NCBI GenBank assembly: GCA_021806615.1
Contig: JAJZRB010000001.1
Location: 207,201-271,200 of the forward strand
Direction: 5' to 3'
DNA from: a bacterium
GTDB lineage: Bacteria; Patescibacteriota; Patescibacteriia; Patescibacteriales; UBA12465
DNA length: 64,000 bases
Shown: piece by piece, positions 25,626-34,663 of the stretch
Layout: the number at the start of each line of letters is the position of its first letter
Position numbering within the stretch: the first letter of the stretch is position 1
Notes under the pieces: generated by a model
What the model saw: only the letters and a program-made list of their open reading frames with translations
Database searches by the model: none
What the model was told of the DNA's origin: nothing
Program-made: the position numbers and the translations under genes

Positions 25626-28600
25626 CTATTTTTTCAAGTTGAGATCATCAAGCTTGACGCTCAGGAGTTTGCTTACCCCGTCAGTTTCCATGGTCACTCC
25701 GTATAGTATGCTCGCCTTACGCATGCAGGCGCGATTATGCGTAATGACTATGAATTGGGTCTTATTTGATAGATCGTCTAAAATTTGTGCTAGACGTTCG
25801 GAATTAGCTTCATCTAAAGCTGCGTCCACTTCGTCTAAAACTACGAAAGGCGAAGGGTTGGCGCTGATGATCGCGGAAATCAAAGCGATAGCAGTCAAGG
25901 CGCGTTCGCCGCCGGAGAGCATAGTGACGGTTTGGATTTTCTTGCCGGGAGGAATAGCCTGGATTTCGATTCCGGCCAGGCCGACAGCATTGTGTTTTTT
26001 CAAGAATTTTATTCTTTTTAATTTTTCATCCATTTCTTTCTTAATGCCCATTTCGGCCGGAGTCAAGCCCGATATTTCGCCTCCTGCCTCGCCGTTAGGC
26101 ATACTTGCGCCAGCATTGTTTTTAGCCTCTTCTTTTTCCAGGTCTTCAATCATGACTTTGAAAATTTTAGCGCTGCCGCCGTTAAAAAGGATTTTAAAAT
26201 AGTCGTTGAATTTTTCTGATATCACTTTGAATTCAGAATCAAAACGATTTTTTATATTTAGATCTAATTCGTAAATTATTTCCTCTAAGGATTTGATGGC
26301 TTTATTCAGGTCGGCCGTCTGGCCGCTTAAGAAATCATACCGCTCTTTAGTCTCCTGATATTCTTTTTCGGCTTCGGGGTCAATGCCGCCGATTTGTTCT
26401 AACTGCGATTTATAAGAATTAATGTTTTTTTGCCAGCGTTCGATATCGATAACTTCCTCGGTTACGGGGTAGTTTTTTAGGTCGGCCAAGCTTATTTCTT
26501 CATTGCGGATATTCGCTTCCAGATCTTCGAGCTTGGTTTCTTGGCGCGCGGCTTCGATACGCAATCTATTCATTTCTCCTAGGATATCGGCGATTTCTTG
26601 CTGTAGGGATTGGATATTCTTTTGGCATTCGAACATCTGCCCCTTTTCCTTTTCTTTCGCTTGGTTTAGCTCTTCCCATTTATCGGATAGTTTCCGTATC
26701 TCTTGGTTTAATAGGTTGACAGCTTGGTTGATAGCGGCCTTTTCCGTTTCAATTTTAGAGGCATCAAATTTTATTTGGCTTTTGGACAATTTATTTTTGA
26801 TGTCGATAATCTCTTTTTCTAAATGTGATTTTTGATCTTGTAGCAAGCGTCGCCGCTCTTCCAATGATGAAGATTTAAAGCGGCAATCTTGGATTTTTTC
26901 TGAAATAGATTGTTTCTTGTCCTGCAATTCATTGAGGCGGTCGTTCTTGCCTATCTCATCCAGTTTTTGGTCTAATTGGGAAATTTTTTGTTTGATAGCT
27001 GTTTTTTCTTCTTCAATCCGGGAAGCATCAAATTTTATCTGAACCTTAGATAATTTTGCTTCGATATCCTGAGCCTCTCTGGTTAGTTGGTATTTTTTGT
27101 CTTCTAAGAGCTTGATTCTTTCCGCCGACAACGATAGTCTAAGCCTTTCTTCGTTGAGCTGGCTGCTTATTTCCTGTTTTTCTTCGGTGGCCGAGATAAT
27201 CTCTTTTTGTATTTTTTGGATCCTTTCCAGGCTATCATTATTGTCGCCCTTTAAGAATACTTCGATCTTGCTGGTAAAATCCTTTTTAGCGGCCGCAATC
27301 CGGGTCTTGACTTGATTAATATCGGTTTCCTGCCCGATAGAATCTAATGTCTTTAAAAATTCTTCTATCAATTTTGTCAGCCCCCTGCTTTTATCAGGGT
27401 CGGTGCTCGTTTTTTTTATAGACTGATTAAGCGTCATCATCTCTTGGTTCAGGCGCTCAAGCTTTTGTTGAACAGACTTTAATCGATTGTCCAGACTATT
27501 TTTTTCGGCTTGGCCACTGTCTGATCGCAGAGCAGCAATTTCGGATTGGATATTTTTCAGTTCGGATTTTAATTCTTCGTTTTTGTTATTCAGCCAAGAA
27601 ACATCAAACTGCCCTTGTACTTCTAAGTTCGCCTCCAATACGGCGTCCAGCCTTGATAGTTGTTTCAAATTATGGCTTCTTTCCTCTTCTAGTGCTTTAG
27701 CTCCCTGTCTCGACTGATTAGTTCGGTCAATCTCCCTATTAACGGCTTGCAGGGCTTCGCGCCAACTCAGTTCTTCATTTATCTGGCTATTTTTAACTAA
27801 AGCGTCTATTTCTGAGTTGATATTCTCTAAAGAAGCGTTTAATTCCCCCTGTTTGTTATTCAGCCAAGAAACATCAAATTGTCCCTGGGATTCCAGCTGT
27901 ATCTCTAACTCCGCCTGTAGCTTGGCTAATTGTTTTAAATATTGGTTTTTTTGATTTTCTAAATCTTTTAAACGCGGCTGTAGTTCGTTCATTTCTCGGA
28001 AGTTGTCAGTCGCCCGGATCTTATTTAATTCTTCATTAAGCTTGTCTAATTTTTTTTCTCGTTCTATTTTTATTTTCTCATTTTCTAAAAAGCGCTGGTT
28101 AAAAGAATCTAGCTTCTTATTGATATCCCATGAGAGCCAACCATAGTAGGCTAATTGTTTGTCTCGAAGTTCATTTTCAATTTCGCCGCGACGTTTTAAT
28201 TTTTCTACTTGCCTGGTCAGGCTTTTAAGGCGCGGCTTTATCTCCGAGAGCAACATGTCTACTTGCTGCAAGTTTTCATAACTATTTTCTAGCTTATTTA
28301 AGGCGGAATCGCGTTTAATTTGAAACTGTTTGACGCCCGTGGCTTCGTCAAAAAAATCCTTACGTTCAGCCGCTGAGGTAGTCAGGAAATTTTCTACCAT
28401 GCCCTGGCCAATAACGCTATAGGTTTTTTGCCCGAAGTTAGCCTTAGCTAGAAGCATCTGGATGTCAGCTAGGCGGACGCGGTTGTTATTCAATAAATAC
28501 TCGCTTTCCCCACTACGGTATAAGCGTCGAGTGATAATGATTTCCGGGCAGCCGGAGATTATTTGATCCAGATCGCTTTCTTTCTCGATTAGTTCGGGGA

Positions 28601-28907
28601 CGATCGTCCTATTTTTAGCTGCCGCTGCATTATTCAAATACAATGATACTTCAGCCAAGCTCAATTGATTTTTCTGGTCTGAACCGGAGAAGATGACATC
28701 CTCGCTTTTTTTGCCGCGCAACGTCTTTAAGCTTTGTTCTCCGAGCGCCCAACGGATAGCATCCGCAACGTTAGATTTACCTGAGCCATTCGGACCGACG
28801 ATAGAAGTCAAGCCGCGTTTCTTATCGTCAATTAAACCGGAGAAAATAAGTTTATTTTTGTTAGCAAAGGATTTAAAGCCCTGGATTTCCAGCTTTTCTA
28901 GATACAT
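25626..28907 (-). CDS. smc: SMC-family chromosome segregation ATPase, atypical (no recognisable hinge)
   Basis: N-terminal head MYLEKLEIQGFKSF...GPNGSGKSNVADAIRWALGEQS. C-terminal head LSGGERALTAIALISAI...FVVLDEVDAALD...FIVITHN. The roughly 720 aa between them is almost entirely coiled-coil-like. Confidence 0.85.
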   Translation of the reverse strand: MYLEKLEIQGFKSFANKNKLIFSGLIDDKKRGLTSIVGPNGSGKSNVADAIRWALGEQSLKTLRGKKSEDVIFSGSDQKNQLSLAEVSLYLNNAAAAKNRTIVPELIEKESDLDQIISGCPEIIITRRLYRSGESEYLLNNNRVRLADIQMLLAKANFGQKTYSVIGQGMVENFLTTSAAERKDFFDEATGVKQFQIKRDSALNKLENSYENLQQVDMLLSEIKPRLKSLTRQVEKLKRRGEIENELRDKQLAYYGWLSWDINKKLDSFNQRFLENEKIKIEREKKLDKLNEELNKIRATDNFREMNELQPRLKDLENQKNQYLKQLAKLQAELEIQLESQGQFDVSWLNNKQGELNASLENINSEIDALVKNSQINEELSWREALQAVNREIDRTNQSRQGAKALEEERSHNLKQLSRLDAVLEANLEVQGQFDVSWLNNKNEELKSELKNIQSEIAALRSDSGQAEKNSLDNRLKSVQQKLERLNQEMMTLNQSIKKTSTDPDKSRGLTKLIEEFLKTLDSIGQETDINQVKTRIAAAKKDFTSKIEVFLKGDNNDSLERIQKIQKEIISATEEKQEISSQLNEERLRLSLSAERIKLLEDKKYQLTREAQDIEAKLSKVQIKFDASRIEEEKTAIKQKISQLDQKLDEIGKNDRLNELQDKKQSISEKIQDCRFKSSSLEERRRLLQDQKSHLEKEIIDIKNKLSKSQIKFDASKIETEKAAINQAVNLLNQEIRKLSDKWEELNQAKEKEKGQMFECQKNIQSLQQEIADILGEMNRLRIEAARQETKLEDLEANIRNEEISLADLKNYPVTEEVIDIERWQKNINSYKSQLEQIGGIDPEAEKEYQETKERYDFLSGQTADLNKAIKSLEEIIYELDLNIKNRFDSEFKVISEKFNDYFKILFNGGSAKIFKVMIEDLEKEEAKNNAGASMPNGEAGGEISGLTPAEMGIKKEMDEKLKRIKFLKKHNAVGLAGIEIQAIPPGKKIQTVTMLSGGERALTAIALISAIISANPSPFVVLDEVDAALDEANSERLAQILDDLSNKTQFIVITHNRACMRKASILYGVTMETDGVSKLLSVKLDDLNLKK
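26682..27110 (-). repeat. Internal coding duplication B in smc (aa ~600-652 and ~688-742)
   Basis: LSKVQIKFDASRIEEEKTAIKQKISQLDQ matches LSKSQIKFDASKIETEKAAINQAVNLLNQ at an 88-aa offset. The similarity is visible in the DNA (catcaaattttat... at ~26763 and ~27026). Confidence 0.8.
27510..27935 (-). repeat. Internal coding duplication A in smc (aa ~325-375 and ~415-466)
   Basis: QLESQGQFDVSWLNNKQGELNASLENINSEIDAL matches NLEVQGQFDVSWLNNKNEELKSELKNIQSEIAAL at a 90-aa offset. The DNA string ttgttattcagccaagaaacatcaaa occurs at ~27586 and ~27854. Confidence 0.85.
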
Positions 28908-28988
28908 AATGAATTACTTTAGTATTTGAGACATTTAAGATATAATAATATCATAATAAACTTTTATTTATAAAAAAACAACAGTTAT

Positions 28989-29558
28989 ATGATTATCTCC
29001 TTAAATGGCCGGATCGGCTCAGGCAAAAGCACTATTGCCCAAATGTTGGCTGATAAACTAGCTTGGCCGCGCTATTATATGGGGGGGCTGCGTCGTGAAG
29101 CGGCTCAGAAAAGAGGGCTGACTCTAGCTGAATATAATCGATTAGGAGAGACCGACATTAGCACCGACCAAGAAGTTGACTTGTATCAGAAAGAATTAGG
29201 AAGGATTGAAGACAACTTTATTATTGAGGGGCGGACTTCCTGGTATTTTATTCCCCATTCTTTTAAAATTTACCTGGATGTCAGCCCGGATGAAGGAGCC
29301 CGTCGCGTTTTTGGCAGCTTGCAGAAGAATGATGATCGTAATGAAGACAGGGATCTTTTGAGCGTTAGAAAAGTTAAAGAGAGTACGGAAAAACGTTTGG
29401 CTAGCGACAGCCTGCGATATAAGAAATACTATAATATTGACGTTAACGATTTGCGCCACTATGATTTTTATTTAAATACGACCGATTTGACGCCAGAGCA
29501 AGCATTCCAAGCTGTTTATGAACGTGTTAAATTAGAACTTGACAATAAGAAAAAATAG
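28989..29558 (+). CDS. Cytidylate-kinase-like P-loop kinase
   Basis: The P-loop NGRIGSGKST and a (d)CMP kinase-like family pattern. Confidence 0.6.
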   Translation: MIISLNGRIGSGKSTIAQMLADKLAWPRYYMGGLRREAAQKRGLTLAEYNRLGETDISTDQEVDLYQKELGRIEDNFIIEGRTSWYFIPHSFKIYLDVSPDEGARRVFGSLQKNDDRNEDRDLLSVRKVKESTEKRLASDSLRYKKYYNIDVNDLRHYDFYLNTTDLTPEQAFQAVYERVKLELDNKKK

Positions 29559-29597
29559 TTATAACATTAGACAAGATTTGCCTTATTAAATAGGTAT

Positions 29598-29625
29598 AAA
29601 ACGAGACTGGAGCAGTCTCGTTTAT
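29598..29625 (+). terminator. Rho-independent terminator
   Basis: AAAACGAGACTG-gag-CAGTCTCGTTT. Confidence 0.65.
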
Positions 29626-29694
29626 TAACAGGCGGATCAATAGGAAATTTATTTTTTCATGTGCGCCGTTAATTTAATATATAATTTTAACCAT

Positions 29695-30021
29695 ATGGTT
29701 GAGACCAAATTAGAATTGAAACCCGGAATGACCGTCAGGGTTTATCAGAAAATTAAGGAACTGAATTCTAAAGGAGAGGAAAAAGAGAGAATTCAGTATT
29801 TTGAAGGGATGATTATCGCTCGCAAGCATAATAAAGAGACTGGAGCGACGATAACTATCCGCAAGAATTCTGAGGGCGTCGGAGTTGAAAAGATATTCCC
29901 CCTTAATTTACCTACCATCACGAAAATTGAAATTAAAAAAGAAGCTAAGGTAAAGCGAGCTAAGCTTTATTATTTGCGTGGTGATTATAAGAAGAAATTG
30001 AAGGAGAGGGTCGTTAAGTAA
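29695..30021 (+). CDS. rplS: 50S ribosomal protein L19
   Basis: [12 protein letters not shown]...[14 protein letters not shown]...ATITIRK...[14 protein letters not shown] placed the start at the internal ATG (MVETK). Confidence 0.9.
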   Translation: MVETKLELKPGMTVRVYQKIKELNSKGEEKERIQYFEGMIIARKHNKETGATITIRKNSEGVGVEKIFPLNLPTITKIEIKKEAKVKRAKLYYLRGDYKKKLKERVVK

Positions 30022-30039
30022 TCAGCGATTTTTTCCGTT

Positions 30040-30126
30040 GGGCGAATGGTGAAATTGGTAGACACGCAAGCTTGAGGGGCTTGTGGCCGCAAGGCTGTGG
30101 AGGTTCGAGTCCTCTTTCGCCCACCA
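30040..30126 (+). tRNA. tRNA-Leu(GAG), 3' CCA encoded
   Basis: GGGCGAA...TTCGCCC-A-CCA, with anticodon loop TTGAGGG and a long variable arm. Confidence 0.9.
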
Positions 30127-30136
30127 TTTGCTATAA

Positions 30137-30210
30137 GGGCGCATAGCTCAGCTGGTTAGAGCACTTCGTTTACACCGAAGGGGTCCAGGGTTCGAATCCT
30201 TGTGCGCCCA
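30137..30210 (+). tRNA. tRNA-Val(TAC)
   Basis: GGGCGCA...TGCGCCC-A, with anticodon loop TTTACAC. Confidence 0.9.
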
Positions 30211-30223
30211 CTAGACATCGTAG

Positions 30224-30248
30224 AAACAGGCTGTTAGGCCTGTTTTTG
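30224..30248 (+). terminator. Rho-independent terminator after the tRNA pair
   Basis: AAACAGGC-tgttag-GCCTGTTTTT. Confidence 0.7.
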
Positions 30249-30295
30249 TATTTTAAAAACCCTTTCTTAATTTAGAAAGGGTTTATATTGTAAGC

Positions 30296-31027
30296 TTATT
30301 TTCTTCTTACGCTCATCAGATATCCCCTGATGCTACCTAAGCCGAAAGGGACAGATGACCAGAAGAGAATGTTGGCCACTATAGTCAGCGGAGCGAAGGG
30401 ACATAAGAACAGAAAGCCCCCGGCTATTAGTTCTAGAGTATTTTTTACCTTCCCGGCGAGATTCGCTTGGCTGGCCATAGTGAAAGGCAACCTGCTCGCT
30501 ATCTTTTTTAAAATGCTGATGGCTATAAGAAAGCTTTCTTGGCTGATAATAATCCAATAAATTGGCGATGCCAGATAGCTATAGCCCATGATAATGAAAA
30601 CGGATGCTAGCAAGGTTTTATCAGCTACAGGATCCAGAATCTTTCCGTTATCGCTGACTTGATTAAGGGCGCGAGCAGCCGGGCCATCTAGAAGATCTAG
30701 GATGCCGGCCGTAATGAATAGCATGAGGGCCGTCGCCATTATTATCAAGGACAGAGCACCTTCAATCTGGTAGTGTATTATCAACAGCAAAGCGACGATG
30801 ACTGCCAATAGGATACGGATTACCGATATCAGATTAGCCACTGTTCCTGTTATATTCCGGACGATTAGTATAGCGAAGGCTTTTTCCCACCAGGTTAAAT
30901 GTTCAGGGTATCGTTGGCGTACATCTTCGGCATATAATTTGATCCTGGACTCTAACCAGCGATCTTTTAATTTCAATGTATCGTCGAACCAAGATCCGAC
31001 TAATATCCAGTATTGTGTCATGGCCAC
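30296..31027 (-). CDS. CDP-alcohol phosphatidyltransferase family protein
   Basis: The signature DLLDGPAARALNQVSDNGKILDPVADK, which fits D-x2-DG-x2-AR...G-x3-D-x3-D. Confidence 0.8.
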   Translation of the reverse strand: MAMTQYWILVGSWFDDTLKLKDRWLESRIKLYAEDVRQRYPEHLTWWEKAFAILIVRNITGTVANLISVIRILLAVIVALLLIIHYQIEGALSLIIMATALMLFITAGILDLLDGPAARALNQVSDNGKILDPVADKTLLASVFIIMGYSYLASPIYWIIISQESFLIAISILKKIASRLPFTMASQANLAGKVKNTLELIAGGFLFLCPFAPLTIVANILFWSSVPFGLGSIRGYLMSVRRK

Positions 31028-31097
31028 CTCTCTATTTGTATTAAAGGACTATTAATTAATTTTAGCTTAAATTACCTTATTTTTTTTATTTTGTCAA

Positions 31098-31976
31098 CTA
31101 TTTATCATCATCATCAAAGAATTCGTAATAAGACAAGATGCCGATAGCCCCCAATATCATCCAGAAGAAAAGCTCCTCTAACGGGAAAAAGATCGGTCCG
31201 ATAAAGACCCTTCCCACGATTCCTTGTCCCGGGAAAATCCATTGGTTCAAATGTAAAGCGGTAATTTCATAGGTTAACGACAGATAGAAAAAATAAATGC
31301 CGGTTTTTATCAATTTGATAAATAGTTTCGGGTAATTAAATAGAGTCAATAGAATTGGGAGCACGACTAAAACTAGTCCGAATTTTAAATAAAAATATTG
31401 GATATACAGCCAATCTTTATTGATCAAATAAATGACCAAGAAGATGGCAAGCAAAGAAGAAAAAATCAGATATAAATATTTCAAGCGCGGCTTATATAAG
31501 ACATCCCGGTCGGTTAATTCAAAGAAATATTCATAATACATGATAATGAATAAAGTCCAGAGTGGAAACCAGATGATATTTTCTATAGTGACCTGCCCTA
31601 GCAGGCGGTATTCTATAATAGAGTCAGTGACTAGCCAAATTCCGGTAATGTCGCAAATATAATCTAAAACGACTACGATGATCAAAGCCGACAGAGAAAA
31701 TAGAAGCGCTTTCTTCAGTTTTTCTTTATTGCGATAAGATAGGAACAGAGTCGGCAATCCGAAGAATAGAAAAAGAGAAGTAAAGAAATTCGCCCGCATC
31801 ATTAGGGATATGGCGCCGGCAGCTAGGGGCCAGGCGTAAAACAAGATACGGTCCTTATTCAATCTTTTTTGCCAAACCAGCCGTTTAATAATATTCATAT
31901 CTTTGATTATTTGGGTTAATACTGATATTTTATTATTTTTAACGTTAAACCACAAGATTATGCCGACGATTGACAA
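31098..31976 (-). CDS. Polytopic membrane protein of unknown function (possible lycopene-cyclase-domain-like PLEE motif)
   Basis: About 8 TM helices with FFPLEELFFW near the C-terminus. The assignment is weak. Confidence 0.35.
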   Translation of the reverse strand: MSIVGIILWFNVKNNKISVLTQIIKDMNIIKRLVWQKRLNKDRILFYAWPLAAGAISLMMRANFFTSLFLFFGLPTLFLSYRNKEKLKKALLFSLSALIIVVVLDYICDITGIWLVTDSIIEYRLLGQVTIENIIWFPLWTLFIIMYYEYFFELTDRDVLYKPRLKYLYLIFSSLLAIFLVIYLINKDWLYIQYFYLKFGLVLVVLPILLTLFNYPKLFIKLIKTGIYFFYLSLTYEITALHLNQWIFPGQGIVGRVFIGPIFFPLEELFFWMILGAIGILSYYEFFDDDDK

Positions 31977-32050
31977 AATAGCCGCTAATTGTTAAAGTAT
32001 TTTTACTTAATTTTTTTACAGTTCATTTTAAAAATCGGAAAGGAATCGCC

Positions 32051-32446
32051 ATGAAAGCAAAACAGAAAAAAATAGCTCTTATTGCTCTTATGATTTTTTT
32101 GAAGGCGATGTTCGCCGCTAGCCTGGTTTATTGTTCTGGCTTGGTCTCAGGCTCTTCTTTCGGCGCGCGGTTTTCGGCCGGTTTAATCGTCGGCGTGTTA
32201 GCCATTGTCGGTTTTACGACTTCAACGGTACATGGTAGCCGTTTATCGTATAATCATATTTTTGGCTTGGCAATCGGCGTGATCTCTGGTCTGATAACAG
32301 GGCTTATTTTCAATTTCATGTTAGGCGCAGCTTTGGGCATAGTGGTCTGCTTAGTATTTTCTGCTGAATACTTAGGCAATAAACTAAGCGAAGTTCGCCT
32401 GGATATAAAAGATTTTTTATATCAAATTCGCGAATCGCTCTTTTGA
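32051..32446 (+). CDS. Small Gly-rich membrane protein of unknown function
   Basis: Four hydrophobic helices. A terminator follows immediately. Confidence 0.5.
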   Translation: MKAKQKKIALIALMIFLKAMFAASLVYCSGLVSGSSFGARFSAGLIVGVLAIVGFTTSTVHGSRLSYNHIFGLAIGVISGLITGLIFNFMLGAALGIVVCLVFSAEYLGNKLSEVRLDIKDFLYQIRESLF

Positions 32447-32478
32447 AAAAGAAGAGCTAGCCCGTCTAGCTCTTTTTA
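32447..32478 (+). terminator. Rho-independent terminator
   Basis: AAGAGCTAG-cccgt-CTAGCTCTTTTT. Confidence 0.7.
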
Positions 32479-32532
32479 TTTTTATACCGGTCGCGCCTTT
32501 ATTTTTAGCATGAAATCATTTAGACTTTAAAT

Positions 32533-32955
32533 ATGCAGAGGATAATCACTAATAACGAAAAAGAAACTTTTGATTTTGGTTTAAAGTTAGGCAGAAATTG
32601 TTCGGGAGGCGAAGTTTTCGCGCTTATCGGCGATTTGGGTGCCGGAAAAACCAAATTAGTACAGGGCTTGGCATACGGACTCGGAATAAGGCAGCGAGTT
32701 AATAGCCCGACTTTTAATATTTTGAAAATATATAACTCCGGAAGTAAAATAAAAAATTTTTGCCATATTGACGCTTATCGCCTTGAGTCAGCACGGGATT
32801 TGACGCTCCTTGGTGTCCAGGAATTTTTTGATTCGTCAACGATGGTGGTGGCGATCGAATGGGCGGATAAGGTAAGAAAAATCTGGCCGAAAAGCGCCAG
32901 ACGGATAAGGATCAGATCACTGTCGGAAGACCGCAGAGAAATTATTTTTTCTTGA
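32533..32955 (+). CDS. tsaE: tRNA t6A biosynthesis ATPase TsaE
   Basis: GDLGAGKTKLVQGL and SPTFNI motifs. Confidence 0.85.
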   Translation: MQRIITNNEKETFDFGLKLGRNCSGGEVFALIGDLGAGKTKLVQGLAYGLGIRQRVNSPTFNILKIYNSGSKIKNFCHIDAYRLESARDLTLLGVQEFFDSSTMVVAIEWADKVRKIWPKSARRIRIRSLSEDRREIIFS

Positions 32956-33412
32956 AGCTATTGAGTATTAGGATCAAGGCGCCGCTACTTATCATGACAT
33001 CGGCGAGATTGAAGATAGTAAAATTTTTTAAGTAAAAATAATCGATTACATAGCCGTATATTAGCCGATCGGCCAAGTTACTTATCGCGCCCAATAGGAT
33101 GAGCGCTAGGCCGGAGATTTCTAATCGGTGTTGATTTTTAGATAAAATAAAGAGAGTGATTGTGGCGATCAAAACAATGACTAAGATTAAAATTGCGCCA
33201 TTGAGGAGCGGACCGCCTAGCGGTAGAGAAAAGGCGATATAATAATTGCTTTTAAATGTATAAGTAAAAATATCGCCGGCTAATCTGATCGGCGCCGCCG
33301 TCGTTAAATTGATCGCCCGCAGTTTCAAATAACGGTCGCCGATAAAAAATATAGCTATCACGGCCGCGATAACTATATTGATAAACCCGATTTTTTTGAT
33401 TAACTTATTCAT
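32942..33412 (-). CDS. lspA: Lipoprotein signal peptidase II
   Basis: The motifs NLADRLIYGYVIDYF and FNLADVMISSG. Confidence 0.9.
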   Translation of the reverse strand: MNKLIKKIGFINIVIAAVIAIFFIGDRYLKLRAINLTTAAPIRLAGDIFTYTFKSNYYIAFSLPLGGPLLNGAILILVIVLIATITLFILSKNQHRLEISGLALILLGAISNLADRLIYGYVIDYFYLKNFTIFNLADVMISSGALILILNSFKKK

Positions 33413-33788
33413 TCTCTTGCAGCTCAGTTTTGCAGCTAATACAGGAGTTAGCGGTCGGCCTGGCTAACAGGCGTCTTTCGGCGATAGGTTTCCCGCAATA
33501 TTTGCAGATACCATAAGTTTTGGCCTTGATCCTGTTTAAAGCGCCATCAATATCCGCCAAGCTTTTTTCTAAGACCTTCTCCGTAACGACATTAGTCGAA
33601 TAGTCGCTTATTTCCTGAGCGTTTTCGTCCGGTTTATCTCCGTATTCTGGGAATGAAACGCCTCGATCGTCAGATTCATGCTCATCCTTGTGCGACAAAT
33701 CAGAAAGATCGTCTAAAATTTGCTTCTTTTGCGATAAAAGCTGTTTTTCTATCTCTTTGATTGTTTCTTGTTTTAATCCCTGGTCCAT
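33405..33788 (-). CDS. DksA/TraR-family C4 zinc-finger protein
   Basis: An acidic coiled-coil N-terminal part followed by CKYCGKPI...CISC. Confidence 0.8.
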   Translation of the reverse strand: MDQGLKQETIKEIEKQLLSQKKQILDDLSDLSHKDEHESDDRGVSFPEYGDKPDENAQEISDYSTNVVTEKVLEKSLADIDGALNRIKAKTYGICKYCGKPIAERRLLARPTANSCISCKTELQENE

Positions 33789-33908
33789 ATTGGTACAAAT
33801 TAAAAAAACTATATAATGACTAGTTTTAGTACTTAAATTATAGCTTATTGGCTTATTTTTGGCAAGGCTATTAATTATTTTTTACATGGTTGCGGACGAC
33901 ACCCCCTT

Positions 33909-33937
33909 TTGACAAGCCCCGATCTTTTTGCTATGAT
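33909..33937 (+). promoter_or_regulatory. Sigma70-like promoter (TTGACA-17 nt-TATGAT) upstream of tRNA-Asp
   Basis: The -35 lies at 33909-33914 and the -10 at 33932-33937. Confidence 0.45.
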
Positions 33938-34032
33938 TTTTTTGTGGCTGCTGGAAAAATAGCCATTTTTTAAGACCATCAAAGTAACAGTCAAGCCATT
34001 TAGAATAATGAAGCTCGTTGCTTTTAATTGTT

Positions 34033-34106
34033 GGAGTGGTAGCTCAGTTGGTTAGAGCGCCTGCCTGTCACGCAGGAGGTCGCGGGTTCGAGCCCCGTCC
34101 ATTCCG
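34033..34106 (+). tRNA. tRNA-Asp(GTC)
   Basis: GGAGTGG...CCATTCC-G, with anticodon loop CTGTCAC. Confidence 0.9.
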
Positions 34107-34115
34107 CAAGCAAAA

Positions 34116-34150
34116 AAACAACCCGACACAGTTTGGGTTGTTTTTATTTT
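34116..34150. terminator. Bidirectional terminator between convergent tRNA genes
   Basis: AAACAACCC-gacacagttt-GGGTTGTTTTT. Confidence 0.65.
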
Positions 34151-34152
34151 AG

Positions 34153-34227
34153 TGGTGCCTCCAGGGGGAATCGAACCCTCATCTTAAGATCCGGAATCTC
34201 ACGTTCTATCCATTGAACTATGGAGGC
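34153..34227 (-). tRNA. tRNA-Arg(CCG), 3' CCA encoded
   Basis: The reverse complement is GCCTCCA...TGGAGGC-A-CCA, with anticodon loop TTCCGGA. Confidence 0.9.
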
Positions 34228-34230
34228 TAA

Positions 34231-34322
<92 letters not shown>

Positions 34323-34341
34323 TTTATTTTATCTGGTCGTC

Positions 34342-34659
34342 TTATCTTAGCCAGAAGAGAATCAGAAATATTAACAATAGTAAAATGAATAAGCTGATTC
34401 CGGTATAAATGAATAGTTTAAGCCCCTCTTTTTTTAATCCGTCCAAATATAGCATTATAGGTTTGCCGAGAATAAGACCGCCGGTTAGTAAAGCGGAAAA
34501 GACAAAAAGCAACAGAAAGGCTACTGGGCCGAGCAGTCCCTTATTCATCGTGCCGAAAATTTGCGAGGCATTATTTAGAATTAAGGAAACTAAGGCGATG
34601 TAGGCTAGTACGCCCAGCGAGCTGATAGTAGCCCGGGCGATTAATTTAGATTGGCTCAT
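34342..34659 (-). CDS. Small 3-TM membrane protein of unknown function
   Basis: A hydrophobic ORF packed tightly downstream of the pseudouridine synthase gene. Confidence 0.5.
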   Translation of the reverse strand: MSQSKLIARATISSLGVLAYIALVSLILNNASQIFGTMNKGLLGPVAFLLLFVFSALLTGGLILGKPIMLYLDGLKKEGLKLFIYTGISLFILLLLIFLILFWLR

Positions 34660-34663
34660 ATGT

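Noticed and set aside
25639-28929. Several plus-strand ORFs inside smc (for example 25639..26202 and 26503..26835). I also considered whether the periodic DNA repeats might be a CRISPR-like array.
   Set aside because: The ORFs are antisense to a well-supported SMC frame. There are only two repeat pairs of ~50 aa each, both in-frame coding duplications, and they lack the short regular repeat-spacer periodicity of CRISPR.
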